Source: Thermoanaerobaculia bacterium (lineage in GTDB: Bacteria; Acidobacteriota; Thermoanaerobaculia; UBA5066). From it: 64,000 nt of DNA. The DNA lies in NCBI GenBank assembly GCA_963719225.1, contig CAVRAY010000002.1:512001-576000 (forward strand). Direction: 5' to 3'. Numbering within the stretch: the first letter of the stretch is position 1; the number at the start of each line of letters is the position of its first letter. Positions 35,530 to 45,681 of the stretch are shown here, in pieces. The position numbers and the translations under genes were made by a program. The notes beneath the pieces are model-generated. The model searched no databases. It was not told the DNA's origin and saw only the letters and a program-made list of their open reading frames with translations.

Positions 35530-35841
35530 CTATCTGGCCACGGCCCGGGCGATCTCTCGAGGCCGTTTCCCGGTGGCGAGAAGCGACCGAACGATGAGAT
35601 CGAGGCTGACCTGCGCGTCAGCGGCCTCCATCTTCGCGACTCGGGACTGGCTCGAGCCCAGCTTCGAGGCGAGCGCCGTCTGGGACAGCCCCTTCTTCAA
35701 GCGCGCCTTCTTGAGTTCGCGAGCGAGGCTGAGCTTGATCTCGATGTAGGCCGATTCCTCGGGGGTCAGGCCGAGGAAGGTCTCGGCGGATCCGAATGTC
35801 CAGCCCTTCTTCGTGAGGCGAGCCTTCTTCGTCTTGTCCAT
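35530..35841 (-). CDS. XRE/HTH antitoxin
   Basis: LSQTALASKLGSSQSRVAKME. Confidence 0.88.
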   Translation of the reverse strand: MDKTKKARLTKKGWTFGSAETFLGLTPEESAYIEIKLSLARELKKARLKKGLSQTALASKLGSSQSRVAKMEAADAQVSLDLIVRSLLATGKRPREIARAVAR

Positions 35842-35845
35842 CTGA

Positions 35846-36178
35846 TTACTCCCTGTCCCATGCCGCGAGGCGCTGCGCGCAGGCGGCGATCACGGCTTTC
35901 GGCGTGCGTTGAGTGCCCTTCTTCTCGACTCCCAGTACCACGATCGCGTCATGCCGAACTGCATAGAAGATCCGCCAGTCGACGTTCCCGTCGGGCACTC
36001 GGAGCTCGTGGCAACCCTTCCCGATCCCCGGCATCGGTCGAGAATCCGGCAGCGAAAGCACGTCCCCCTGCTGAAGGCCCCTCAAGAGGTATCCGGCACG
36101 AACCCGCCCCTCCTTCGAAAAGGGCGGAGACTTGATTCCACCGTGCATCCACGCGAGGGGTTTCTCGGGGAGCTTCAT
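35846..36178 (-). CDS. RelE/ParE (Gp49-like) toxin
   Basis: SRPMPGIGKGCHELRV..WRIFY..KKGTQRTP. Confidence 0.88.
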   Translation of the reverse strand: MKLPEKPLAWMHGGIKSPPFSKEGRVRAGYLLRGLQQGDVLSLPDSRPMPGIGKGCHELRVPDGNVDWRIFYAVRHDAIVVLGVEKKGTQRTPKAVIAACAQRLAAWDRE

Positions 36179-36212
36179 TTCACCCGGAACGAGATTAGGG
36201 TGATTAGTGGTC

Positions 36213-36230
36213 TATGTCAAGACTGACATA
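36213..36230. promoter_or_regulatory. Putative TA operator
   Basis: TATGTCA-agac-TGACATA upstream of the minus-strand toxin. Confidence 0.55.
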
Positions 36231-36231
36231 T

Positions 36232-36566
36232 GTCCCCGGAGGTGCTGCCGCACGGTTTGAGGTTCGAGCCGCTGTTCGCGTCGGATCGAATGCTGATCGT
36301 GCCGCGTGGTCACGAGCTGGCGGGGAAGAAGCGCCCGACCCTCAGAGACCTCGCTCGCCATGGGTTCGTGATCCCCCCGGCGGGTTCGACGTCGCGCCGC
36401 CTGATCGAGGCCGCGTTCCTGCGGGCCGGCCTGAGGCTGGAGATCGCGATGGAGGCGGGAGGCTGGAGATCGTGAAGCGCCTGGTGCGGGCAGGGGTGGG
36501 CGTGGCGGTGGTTCCTCGGCCGCCGTGAGGAGGGTGCTGGAGGAGGCGGGGAGGAGGGTGGGGTAG
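36232..36566 (+). repeat. LysR fragment copy 3
   Basis: Near-identical; unique 3' internal deletion; same stop and G-tract end. Confidence 0.95.
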
Positions 36567-36575
36567 GGGTGGCTG

Positions 36576-36788
36576 TTAGGCGTAGGCGAGGCGGCCGCGG
36601 GCCTCGGGAATGGGTCGCCCGAGCGACTTTGCGGTCTCGATCCACTCGCGAATGACTACCTCGGCGGCCGCGAGAGCCTCGGCGTAGGACGCACCATCGG
36701 CCATGCAGCCCGGCAGCTCGGGAACCTCGGCGACGAACGCCTCGTCCTCTTTGCTCCAGTAGATGATGACTTCGTACTTGGGGCTCAT
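36576..36788 (-). CDS. hicB: HicB antitoxin
   Basis: YWSKEDEAFVAEVPELPGCMADG..EAL..GRPIP. Confidence 0.9.
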   Translation of the reverse strand: MSPKYEVIIYWSKEDEAFVAEVPELPGCMADGASYAEALAAAEVVIREWIETAKSLGRPIPEARGRLAYA

Positions 36789-37039
36789 AGCGCACCTGAA
36801 AGTTTATACCGGACGAGAATCGATCGCACCTGCTTGACCTGATAAGGCTTAGCTTTCGAACCCTTGGGCTGAATGTTGAGGATCTCGACGACCCCGTCCT
36901 TCGTGAAGATGTGATGGCTGCCTCGGGTGCGACTCTCGAACCCGAGTTCCTCGAGGAGAGCGCAGAGATCTGAGAAGCGGATGTTTGCGTCCGAGGCTCC
37001 GGTCAGGATCTGCTCCAGAAGCCGGCTGTGCCGAGTCAC
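36785..37039 (-). CDS. hicA: HicA toxin
   Basis: LGFESRTRGSHHIF..AKPYQVKQ. Confidence 0.9.
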   Translation of the reverse strand: MTRHSRLLEQILTGASDANIRFSDLCALLEELGFESRTRGSHHIFTKDGVVEILNIQPKGSKAKPYQVKQVRSILVRYKLSGAL

Positions 37040-37144
37040 GGGAGAACGCTAGCACGCCGAGCGACTCGCGAGCCGGCGCCGGAGGGGCTGGACTTGCCCC
37101 GATTTCGGGCGATAGGATTTGCCTCGCCAACCGGGGGTACATCG

Positions 37145-39001
37145 ATGACGCGGTCGCTCATATCGGCCTTGGCTTCGCTTCTCCTCGCAGTGGATGTCCG
37201 GGCGGCCGACCCCCGCTGGACGGTCGAATTCAAGGAAGGCGCGCGCACCTTCCTCACGGCGACGGGCCTCGAGGTCGGACAGAAGACAACTCCGGGCGCG
37301 ACGATCGCGGGATACCTCGTCGTCAAGCTGCCAGCCGACGTCGACCCCGCCACCACGAACCGCGGCGTGTTTCTCGGCCGCGTGCGTGTGCCCGAGCGGC
37401 GTGTCACTTGGCTGAAAGGGGACGAGTTTGCGGCCGGTGCGCTGCTGCCCGCGCAGCACCTCATCGCCGTCACTCCCAACGCCGGCTTCGAGCCCGGGTT
37501 GTGGGCGGTGAAGGTCCGCGACACCGTCAAGGACCGCAACGGGCGCCCGGTCAATCCCACGAACGCCACGTGGACGGTCGAGATCGGGGAACCGCGTGTA
37601 CGGCCGGACGAAAGCGGCCCGGCTCGTAACACGCTGAAGCTGAAGTTCACGACCGAGGTCGATCCGGCGACGTACGCGGACGGGATCGTCGTGGAGAAGC
37701 AGGTCGCGGGAGGCTGGGAGGAGGAGCCGCGGGGCAGCGCGACGATCGCGCCGCGGGAGCACGGCGGGTCGGTCAACGAGATCGGTCTCCGGCCCCTCGG
37801 CGGGTGGGAACGTGGGGCGACGTACCGCGTGCGCGTCACGGAGGCAATCCGCGACCTTCGTGGGCTCCCCCTGACGAACGCCGAAGACTTCAGCTTTGTT
37901 GTGCCGAAGTCCGGGCCGTTCGACACGCGTCACGAGCCGCGGCGGCCGGTGGCGCAGGCGAGTGCACAGGCGGCCTCTGCAGGGCCGGCGTTCCCGGGCG
38001 GGCAGGCGCTGGGCTGGCACGGGCACTGGACCGACCCCGTCACCGGGCTCATCTACATGCGCCACCGCTGGTACGACCCGCGGACGGGGACGTTCCTGTC
38101 GCCGGATCCGCTCGAAGACATCGACTCGCCGAACCAGTACCTGTTCGGCGCGGGCAGGCCGCACGAGGTGGTGGATCCGCTGGGGCTGTGTCTAGGTCTG
38201 GACAAGGAAGGGCGCCCCTGCGGTTACTACGCTGACAGGATCGACGACTACCTAGTCGAGACGGCGAAGCTGCGAAGAGACCGAACCGGGGTTCCACTGG
38301 CCCTCGATCGTCTGCTGCTCAGTCCGGTCACGGGGATTCTGCGACTCGGCGAGGCGCAGGGTCGACTCGGCTATCGATACGCCGAGGCTTTGACCAATCC
38401 CAGGGTCGCCCTGCCGCCAGGCGCGACCGTCACGAGCGAGACGAACGAGGTCGGAGCCGACCTGCTTCAGGCTGCCGGCGACGCAGCGCTGCTGGCGCCG
38501 CTGACGAGGGGCCTGGTTGGCATGCGCACCGCTGCCTCGCCTGCCGCTTTAGTCCCCATTGCGGAGTCGATGCGTCCGTCTCTGCCGGTGCTGAACCCGC
38601 ATTTCACCCCCGACCCAAAGGCGGTGTTGCAGAACCTGGCCACCTTCCAGAACGCACGGCTTGCTGCGAATCCGGCGCTCGCAGAAACGGTCCTGACACG
38701 CCCGGAGTACGCTGCCGCCACGAAGAACATCGGCATCGCGCGGATGGAGTGGGGGAACGCGGTTGAACGGCTAATGGCGGGAGAGGTTCGTGAGCAGCCC
38801 TCACTCAGATCTATGTTCGAACACCAGGGCGGACCAAACAGGCCAGATTTCATAGGAAGAGGCGCCTTCGATGGGCTGAAATTCGAGGTGACGACACCCG
38901 GACAAGTACGGGCGCACTTGGCTCGGCCCCGATACGGACTAGGATTGAATGTAGTCACCTACCAGAGGCCCGCGGGCTTTACTCTATTCCCGCCACAATG
39001 A
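37145..39001 (+). CDS. Mini-Rhs polymorphic toxin 1 (signal-like N-terminus, Ig-like domains, Rhs core end, putative nuclease CT)
   Basis: TGLIYMRHRWYDPRTGTFLSPDP..NQYLF..VDPLG; CT contains GNAVE..RPDF..FEVTT. Confidence 0.8.
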   Translation: MTRSLISALASLLLAVDVRAADPRWTVEFKEGARTFLTATGLEVGQKTTPGATIAGYLVVKLPADVDPATTNRGVFLGRVRVPERRVTWLKGDEFAAGALLPAQHLIAVTPNAGFEPGLWAVKVRDTVKDRNGRPVNPTNATWTVEIGEPRVRPDESGPARNTLKLKFTTEVDPATYADGIVVEKQVAGGWEEEPRGSATIAPREHGGSVNEIGLRPLGGWERGATYRVRVTEAIRDLRGLPLTNAEDFSFVVPKSGPFDTRHEPRRPVAQASAQAASAGPAFPGGQALGWHGHWTDPVTGLIYMRHRWYDPRTGTFLSPDPLEDIDSPNQYLFGAGRPHEVVDPLGLCLGLDKEGRPCGYYADRIDDYLVETAKLRRDRTGVPLALDRLLLSPVTGILRLGEAQGRLGYRYAEALTNPRVALPPGATVTSETNEVGADLLQAAGDAALLAPLTRGLVGMRTAASPAALVPIAESMRPSLPVLNPHFTPDPKAVLQNLATFQNARLAANPALAETVLTRPEYAAATKNIGIARMEWGNAVERLMAGEVREQPSLRSMFEHQGGPNRPDFIGRGAFDGLKFEVTTPGQVRAHLARPRYGLGLNVVTYQRPAGFTLFPPQ

Positions 39002-39690
39002 GGGTATTCGAAGGGCGCGAATTTCGTTCCTTTTACGACGATGGGGACTCGCTCTTCGAGGACATCGAGTTCCGGCGATGCTCCTTCATCAGTTCGGCGA
39101 TCTCGATCACGAGAAACCCCGGTCGAAGGTCGACGGCTCGACGTTGTCGTGTCATTTCGTGTGAACAGCGAGGGTGCGCGATCGATACAGCCGTCCTTGA
39201 GGATGTGCTCGTGGACGGATTTCTCACGCATGGCCTCTTGCAGACTTGGGGGGCCGTCTTCAAGCACGTCACGCTTCGGGGCCGGATGGGGCGAATCATG
39301 ACGAGTGACCGCATCGCTACGGGCACCGCTACGGCTGCCGAGCAGAGCGCCTTCGATGAAGCGAACGCTGCCTACTACGCCGCTGTCGATTGGGCCCTGG
39401 ACCTGCGCGAGGCGGAGTTCACAGACGAACCGGACTTCAGGGGCATCCCCGCGAGGCTTGTCATCCGAGACCCTGATTCACAGGTTGTGGTGACGCGAGA
39501 GAGGGCGATGCAGGGGACGTGGAGGCAGGTCGACCTCTCGGGCACCTCCTGGGAGGCGTACATCCAGGGAATGCTGAGGGACGGCTATCCCGACGTCATC
39601 CTCGTCGCACCTAAGCGGAGTCGGAAGTTCCGGGACCTGCTCAATGGGCTCATGAGACTGAAAGACGCCGGCGTTACGGAACCGTATTGA
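38998..39690 (+). CDS. Putative immunity protein
   Basis: ATGA-coupled to the Rhs toxin. Confidence 0.6.
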   Translation: MRVFEGREFRSFYDDGDSLFEDIEFRRCSFISSAISITRNPGRRSTARRCRVISCEQRGCAIDTAVLEDVLVDGFLTHGLLQTWGAVFKHVTLRGRMGRIMTSDRIATGTATAAEQSAFDEANAAYYAAVDWALDLREAEFTDEPDFRGIPARLVIRDPDSQVVVTRERAMQGTWRQVDLSGTSWEAYIQGMLRDGYPDVILVAPKRSRKFRDLLNGLMRLKDAGVTEPY

Positions 39691-40088
39691 TGGCATCGAG
39701 GATCATCGCGCACCGTGTGGAACTGCCGGGAGAAGGAATCCACGAAGTCTCCCTCGAGGCCTCGGACCACGGCCTTGTCATCGACGTCAACGCATCCACG
39801 GCCTACCACTACATCACGAACCGGGACTTCTCCGAGATCTTCGACGCACTGCACCTATACGATCGCGGCACCGCTGATGAGCTTCAGGGCGGAGAGTCAG
39901 CGTTCGTCGTGTGGTCGCCCGAACTCCAACGAGCCGGCGTCTTCTATCGGGGCAGGTTTCAGGCCGCTGTGGACTTTGAACGACACGAGGCGCGCTGCCG
40001 CAGCGGGTTTCCGACGTTGCCAAACACTCCGTGGCTTCGATCGGGCCACGGGTGGGACGATGAGCTCGTAAAGGGGCTGGAACCCTGA
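39687..40088 (+). CDS. Hypothetical protein, possible orphan immunity
   Basis: Overlapping start in the post-toxin gene run. Confidence 0.5.
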   Translation: MMASRIIAHRVELPGEGIHEVSLEASDHGLVIDVNASTAYHYITNRDFSEIFDALHLYDRGTADELQGGESAFVVWSPELQRAGVFYRGRFQAAVDFERHEARCRSGFPTLPNTPWLRSGHGWDDELVKGLEP

Positions 40089-40113
40089 ATTTACAGACCC
40101 CCAGCAGGCCTGC

Positions 40114-40953
40114 GTGGCTCAGTCTAGATCCGCTCTTCACGAAATGAACGGTCTGACGGATCTCGGCGCCTCCATCGCGATGAATGGCACGCCGGCCGTG
40201 CAGCAGGTCAGATTTCCCGGAAGGTTTCGTTGGACCAGGCGGCTGAACGTAAACCGCTTGTTTGACGACGTGGACCTTGGTGATGTGCATGGCCGCCCAC
40301 GGCTCTGGGGCCATGTCTCATTTGAAGGCTGTGCCTTTCGGGGCGTGACGCTGGACGGGGCGCGGCTCGAACGAGCGTCGTTCACGGGATGCCGATTTGA
40401 GCGTGTCAGATTCGGGCATCGCCTGATGGGGCTTATCAAAGGCTGTACGTTTGAGCACTCGACGTTCTCGGAGGTGGCGTTCGGTGGGGCCCAGATCATT
40501 GATTCCGGCTTTGCGTCATGCGAATTTGACCGAGTGGATGCGAGAGACCTCATGTTTCGGCAGACTCATATTCAGGGGCTCACGCTATCTGGCAACGTTT
40601 CGTCCTGCAACTTAGTCGACTGCACTGTGTCGGAGCTCGACGCCGGCAGAGCCTACGTTGAAGACCTCGGAATCGTCGGGGGCAGCCTGAGGGACGTGAC
40701 TTGGCCGCACCACGACTCGAACTTCGCGGTAGCCCCGTCCTCATTGATCGAGGTAATGGCAGAGGTGGAGCCGAAGCTCCGATTGGAGTCCCGGGCCCGC
40801 TACGAGGAAATGGCGCGTCTGTATTCCGCGTCATCGAGTCCGGTCGTGATGATTGCGAAGTCGGGCGTTAGGGAAATGACTGACGTGGAGTCGGACGCGG
40901 TCATAGGGGCTCTTCGGCGTTTCGGAGTCTCAAAGTCACCCGAGCCCAAGTGA
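40114..40953 (+). CDS. Pentapeptide-repeat protein, possible orphan immunity
   Basis: VSFEG-CAFRG-VTLDG-ARLER-ASFTG-CRFER pentapeptide periodicity. Confidence 0.7.
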   Translation: MAQSRSALHEMNGLTDLGASIAMNGTPAVQQVRFPGRFRWTRRLNVNRLFDDVDLGDVHGRPRLWGHVSFEGCAFRGVTLDGARLERASFTGCRFERVRFGHRLMGLIKGCTFEHSTFSEVAFGGAQIIDSGFASCEFDRVDARDLMFRQTHIQGLTLSGNVSSCNLVDCTVSELDAGRAYVEDLGIVGGSLRDVTWPHHDSNFAVAPSSLIEVMAEVEPKLRLESRARYEEMARLYSASSSPVVMIAKSGVREMTDVESDAVIGALRRFGVSKSPEPK

Positions 40954-41059
40954 CGAAGCCAAACGTTCTCACGCAGCACGTTTTCGCGTGCCTTATGCCG
41001 ACGCCTGGACTCGTTGCGCTGCGCTCCGATTTCCGTTCTTGTCCGACGTGAAGACGATC

Positions 41060-41852
41060 CGCGTCTGAACAAGTCACAGCCGGCCGTGACGATGACGGTG
41101 AAGGCTCTGGAGCGGGAGATGGGTGTGCCCCTCTTTGCGCGGGGGCCGCGGAAAGAGGCTGACGGCGGCGGGAGCGAGGCTGGCCGCGAGGGCCGCGGGC
41201 ATCCTGGAGGGCGCGCGGCGATTGAAGGAGGATGTCGCCGGAGAGCCGGAGGTGCCCCGGGGGCCCGTGCGGGTGGGGGCCGGGGAGGGGGACTCGGATT
41301 CGCGAGGCGTACCCGTCCCTGGCTCTCGAGGTGCGAAACCAGCGCGACATGGAGTCGTTCGATCAGTTGCTCGCGGGCGAGCTGGACCTGGCGGTTCGGT
41401 CCCGGGAGGCGCTGCCGCACGGTTTGAGGTTCGAGCCGCTGTTCGCGTCGGATCGAATGCTGATCGTGCCGCGTGGTCACGAGCTGGCGGGGAAGAAGCG
41501 CCCGACGCTCAGAGACCTCGCTCGCCATGCGTTCGTGATCCCCCCGGCGGGTTCGACGTCGCGCCGCCTGATCGAGGCCGCGTTCCTGCGGGCCGGCCTG
41601 AGGCTGGAGATCGCGATGGAAGCGGGAGGCTGGGAGATCGTGCAGCGCCTGGTGCGGGCAGGGGTGGGCGTGGCGGTGGTTCCTCGATTCTGTCTGGAGG
41701 CTGCTGATCTCAGGAAACTGGTGGCGATTCCGGCGGGGCATCTCTTGCCTCCGGATGTCCATGGGCTGGTGACGCGGGAGGGCACCGGCGCCTCATCCGC
41801 AACGGCCGCGGTGAGGAGGGTGCTGGAGGAGGCGGGGAGGAGGGTGGGGTAG
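41060..41852 (+). repeat. LysR fragment copy 4
   Basis: Starts 6 nt after the copy 1 start; deletion of the AIVYFLLPLL segment; same 3' end. Confidence 0.95.
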
Positions 41853-41860
41853 GGGGGAAG

Positions 41861-41920
41861 CTAAGCGACTTGATAGATGGCGGGCTTGAAGGACGGGGGC
41901 GGTATGGTCTTACCCGCCTC
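41861..41920 (-). pseudogene. hicB 3'-end remnant
   Basis: Encodes EAGKTIPPPSFKPAIYQVA*, matching the hicB C-terminus at 50596-50655. Confidence 0.8.
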
Positions 41921-42257
41921 CACCCTTGGACAAGAGTTCCTTGACGGCTGCCTCGAGGCCCGGCAACTCTTCGTTAACCGCCTGCCAGACGATGTCGAGA
42001 TCGGCGACGAAGTACTGGTGCGCGAGGACGTCGCGCATTCGGGCAAACCCACGCCAGTCGACAGCGGGATGGCGCTCCGTGAGTGCCTCCGGGAGCTTCT
42101 TGATGGCTTCCCCGATGACCCCGAGGTTGTGGAGGACGGCGTCGCGCGTGCGCACGTCGGAATCGAGCGTCTGCCGCGACGCGCCCGCGAGGTAGGTCCG
42201 CACGCGGGTTGCGGCCTCGAGGATGTCCTCCAGGTAGAGCCTAAAGTCCCGGGACAT
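41910..42257 (-). CDS. HEPN (DUF86) RNase toxin
   Basis: YLEDILEA..IGEAIK..MRDVLAHQY (RX4HXY). Confidence 0.9.
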   Translation of the reverse strand: MSRDFRLYLEDILEAATRVRTYLAGASRQTLDSDVRTRDAVLHNLGVIGEAIKKLPEALTERHPAVDWRGFARMRDVLAHQYFVADLDIVWQAVNEELPGLEAAVKELLSKGGGG

Positions 42258-42570
42258 CCTGGGCTTCTGCGAGGACCCTCTCGCGAACGAGGGGCCTGAT
42301 CGTCTCGCGGATCACGAGGTCCACCTTGTGTCCGAGCAGTTTCTCGAGGAAGTCTGCGAGGCCCATGTAGTTCCGGAACGTCTTCCTGTCGAAGTCGACG
42401 AGGAAGTCGAGATCGCTCTCGGGCCGCGCCTCACCTCGAACGGTCGAACCGAACAATGAAAGCCGCCGGACGCCAAAGGCCTTTAGCGCACCGACCTCAC
42501 CCGCAAGGGCAGTAAGGACGTCCTCGGCGCGGAGCGCTTGGTGGTGGGGCCGATGGGCTATGGTACGCAT
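42241..42570 (-). CDS. MNT nucleotidyltransferase antitoxin
   Basis: LFGSTVRGEARPESDLDFLV. Confidence 0.9.
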   Translation of the reverse strand: MRTIAHRPHHQALRAEDVLTALAGEVGALKAFGVRRLSLFGSTVRGEARPESDLDFLVDFDRKTFRNYMGLADFLEKLLGHKVDLVIRETIRPLVRERVLAEAQDVPGL

Positions 42571-42658
42571 GGCTGGCCGATTATCGCTCTCCGGCCGAGG
42601 GTCTGGACTTGCCCTGATTTCAAGCGATAGGATTTGCCCCGCCACCGGGGGTACATCG

Positions 42659-44216
42659 ATGAAGCGGTCGCTCATATCGGCCTTGGCTTCGCTTCTCCTC
42701 ACGGTAGACGTCCGGGCGGCCGAGCCTCGCTGGACGGTCGAATTCAAGGAAGGCGCGCACACATTCCTGACGGCGACGGGCCTCGAGGTCGGGCAGAAGA
42801 CAAGTCCCGGGGCGATCGCGGGTTACCTCGTCATCAGGCTTCCCGCCGACGTCGACCCCGCCACGACAAATCGCGGGATCTTTCTCGGTCGCGTGCGTGT
42901 GCCCGAGCGCCGGGTCACGTGGCTGAAGGAGGACGCAGTAAAGGTGCGCGACACGGTCAAGGACCGCAGCGGGCGCCCGATCAACCCCACGAACGCTACG
43001 TGGACGGTCGAGATCGGGGAGCCTCGCGCGCGTCCGAACGACTCCGGTCCGGCGCGCAACACCCTCAAATTGAAGTTCACGACCGAGGTCGACCCGGCGA
43101 CGTACGCGGACGGGATCGTCGTGGAGAAACAGGTCGCGAGCGGGTGGGAAGAGGAGCCGCGGGGCAGCGCGACGATCGCACCGAGCGCGCACGGCGGCTC
43201 GGTTAACGATATCGGACTCCGGCCGCTGGGCGGATGGGAGCGCGGCTCGACGTACCGCGTGCGCGTCACGGAGGCGATCCGCGACGTGCGCGGACAGCCG
43301 CTGACGAACGCCGAGGACTTCAGCTTCACCGTGCCGAAGTCCGGGCCGTTCGACACGCGCCACGAGCCGAAGCGGCCCGTGGCGCAGGCGAGCGCACAGG
43401 CGGCATCAGCAGGGCCGGCGTTCCCGGGCGGGCAGGCGCTCGGGTGGCACGGGCACTGGACGGACCCCGTCACCGGCCTGATCTACATGCGCCACCGCTG
43501 GTACGACCCGCGGACGGGGACGTTCCTCTCGCCGGACCCGCTGGAGGACATCGACTGGCCGAACCAGTACCTGTTCGGAGCGGGTAGGCCGCACGAAGTG
43601 GTGGATCCGCTGGGGCTGGCGGTGACGGTGAAGTGGGAGAAAGGCGTTCTCTGCAGGGGCTGTCTGACGTTTGGCGCCGACCTCGGGTTGACGATGGGAG
43701 GAACCGGAGTTCCAGTTCGCAAAGGACGTGGCCGGTGTCTATCTGCCCCGTCTCTTCGCCAGGCCGCGGCCTCGGGTTGCCACAGCCGGTGTCAGAGGTT
43801 CGGCCCCGATTGGTCCGGTGGGTCCGGTTCAGGCACTCGAGCCGGGGCAATGGGTGAGAGCCAGCGAGTCCATGAGTGCACGCGCTGCGGCCTACCAAAC
43901 GCAGATCTCTGGCCGGGCCGCCGGTGAGGTCTACCTGGTGGACGGAGTGAATTTCGATGCATTTCGCGGCGGAACGCTCCTCGACGCGAAGGGCCCGGGC
44001 TATGCGACCTTTACGAAAGACGGACGCTTTCGGGAGTTCTTTCAGGGTGCCGAGGATCTGCTTAGCCAGGCGGCTCGACAGGTGCGGGCCGCTGGCAAGA
44101 CATCCATCGAATGGCATGTCGCCGAAAGGGAGGCCGCCGACGCCATCACGACGTTGTTGCGTGAGGCGGGCTATTCTTCTCGGATCAATGTTGTCTTCAC
44201 ACCTCCAGTGCCGTGA
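42659..44216 (+). CDS. Mini-Rhs polymorphic toxin 2 with Tox-REase-5-like CT (frameshift after DPLG)
   Basis: N-terminal part homologous to toxin 1; CT has YQTQISG..DGVNFD..LLDAKG..IEWHVAE. Confidence 0.8.
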
Positions 44217-44941
44217 TGGCGGATAGCTTCGTTGTCGGCGCCTACTGGGGGAGCCGGTCGGAGATGCCGGAGGGCTGCGCACAAAGGCTGAATCAACTGC
44301 TCGCCGGGCTGAAGTCCCTGGACCCGGTGTTTGCTGGATGGTTCGCAAAAGGGCCTTCTGCGGGAATAGACCGAACAAAGAATCTCTCGCCCGCGGACAT
44401 CAATGATCTCGCTATGCGTGGAGTGAATCGGCGCGACCTCGGCGCCTCGCCCATCCCTGCGCTTGGCGTGCGAATCGGAGTTTGGAACGGCGGCCGCGAG
44501 GGAACGACCGCGGTGGGCATCAGCACGCGCTGTGGCTCCTTCGATGAGTCCGGCGGCGTGCCGGCCTTGAACTCACTTCTCATCAGCCTGCCGAATCAAG
44601 GCCCGGACGCCGATCGCATTCTCAACATCGAGGCACTTGAAGAAATGCTCGAAGTGGTCGTTCGCGCCTACGACCCGGACTGGGCGGTCGTGGCATCACG
44701 AGAACACATGAAGCTGTGGCCTTCTGGTCCTGAGGGCGGGCCCCACGCGGGCTGGATCACATATCTGTCCAGACGAAATAGAGAAGCGACGTTGGCGGCC
44801 AACGGTTTGGCCCTGAAACGCCTTGAGTTCGCTGCTTTCGGGACAGCCTGGGTCACGACGGAGGAGAGGTTTTCTCTTAGCAACCCCACTCACATCGCAC
44901 AGGGGCGCGTGTTGGAACAAGCCATCAGCCGAAGACCGTAG
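44213..44941 (+). CDS. Imm52-like immunity protein
   Basis: GAYWGSRSE..CAQRL..W, YDPDWA, GWITYL; coupled to the REase-5 CT. Confidence 0.75.
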   Translation: MMADSFVVGAYWGSRSEMPEGCAQRLNQLLAGLKSLDPVFAGWFAKGPSAGIDRTKNLSPADINDLAMRGVNRRDLGASPIPALGVRIGVWNGGREGTTAVGISTRCGSFDESGGVPALNSLLISLPNQGPDADRILNIEALEEMLEVVVRAYDPDWAVVASREHMKLWPSGPEGGPHAGWITYLSRRNREATLAANGLALKRLEFAAFGTAWVTTEERFSLSNPTHIAQGRVLEQAISRRP

Positions 44942-44987
44942 ACGAATGTAGTGTCACCCGACCAGTCTCACTGCGGGTGTGTGCAGC

Positions 44988-45646
44988 GCTCTGGAGCGGG
45001 AGATGGGTGTGTCCCTCTTCGCGCGGGAGGGTCGCGGAAAGAGGCTGACGGCGGCGGGAGCGAGGCTGGCCGCGAAGGCCGCGGGCATCCCGGAGGGCGC
45101 GCGGCGATTGAAGGAGGATGTCGCCGGAGAGCCGGAGGTGCCCCGGGGGCCGGTGCGGGTGGGGGCCGGCGAGGCCGCCATCGTCTACTTCCTGCTTCCG
45201 CTTCTTCGACGGATTCGCGAGGCGTACCCGTCCCTGGCTCTCGAGGTGCGAAACCAGCGCGACATGGAGTCGTTCGATCAGTTGCTCGCGGGCGAGCTGG
45301 ACCTGGCGGTTCGGTCCCGGGAGGCGCTGCCGCACGGTTTGAGGTTCGAGCCGCTGTTCGCGTCGGATCGAATGCTGATCGTGCCGCGTGGTCACGAGCT
45401 GGCGGGGAAGAAGCGCCCGACGCTCAGAGACCTCGCTCGCCATGCGTTCGTGATCCCCCCGGCGGGTTCGACGTCGCGCCGCCTGATCGAGGCCGCGTTC
45501 CTGCGGGCCGGCCTGAGGCTGGAGATCGCGATGGAGGCGGGAGGCTGGATGTCCATGGGCTGGTGACGCGGGAGGGCACCGCCGCCTCATCCGCAACGGC
45601 CGCCGTGAGGAGGGTGCTGGAGGAGGCGGGGAGGAGGGTGGGGTAG
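44988..45646 (+). repeat. LysR fragment copy 5
   Basis: Near-identical; ~120-bp 3' deletion (GGAGGCTGG|ATGTCC); same end. Confidence 0.95.
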
Positions 45647-45681
45647 GGGGGGACCCACCTACGCCACGATAGAATGCTCGA

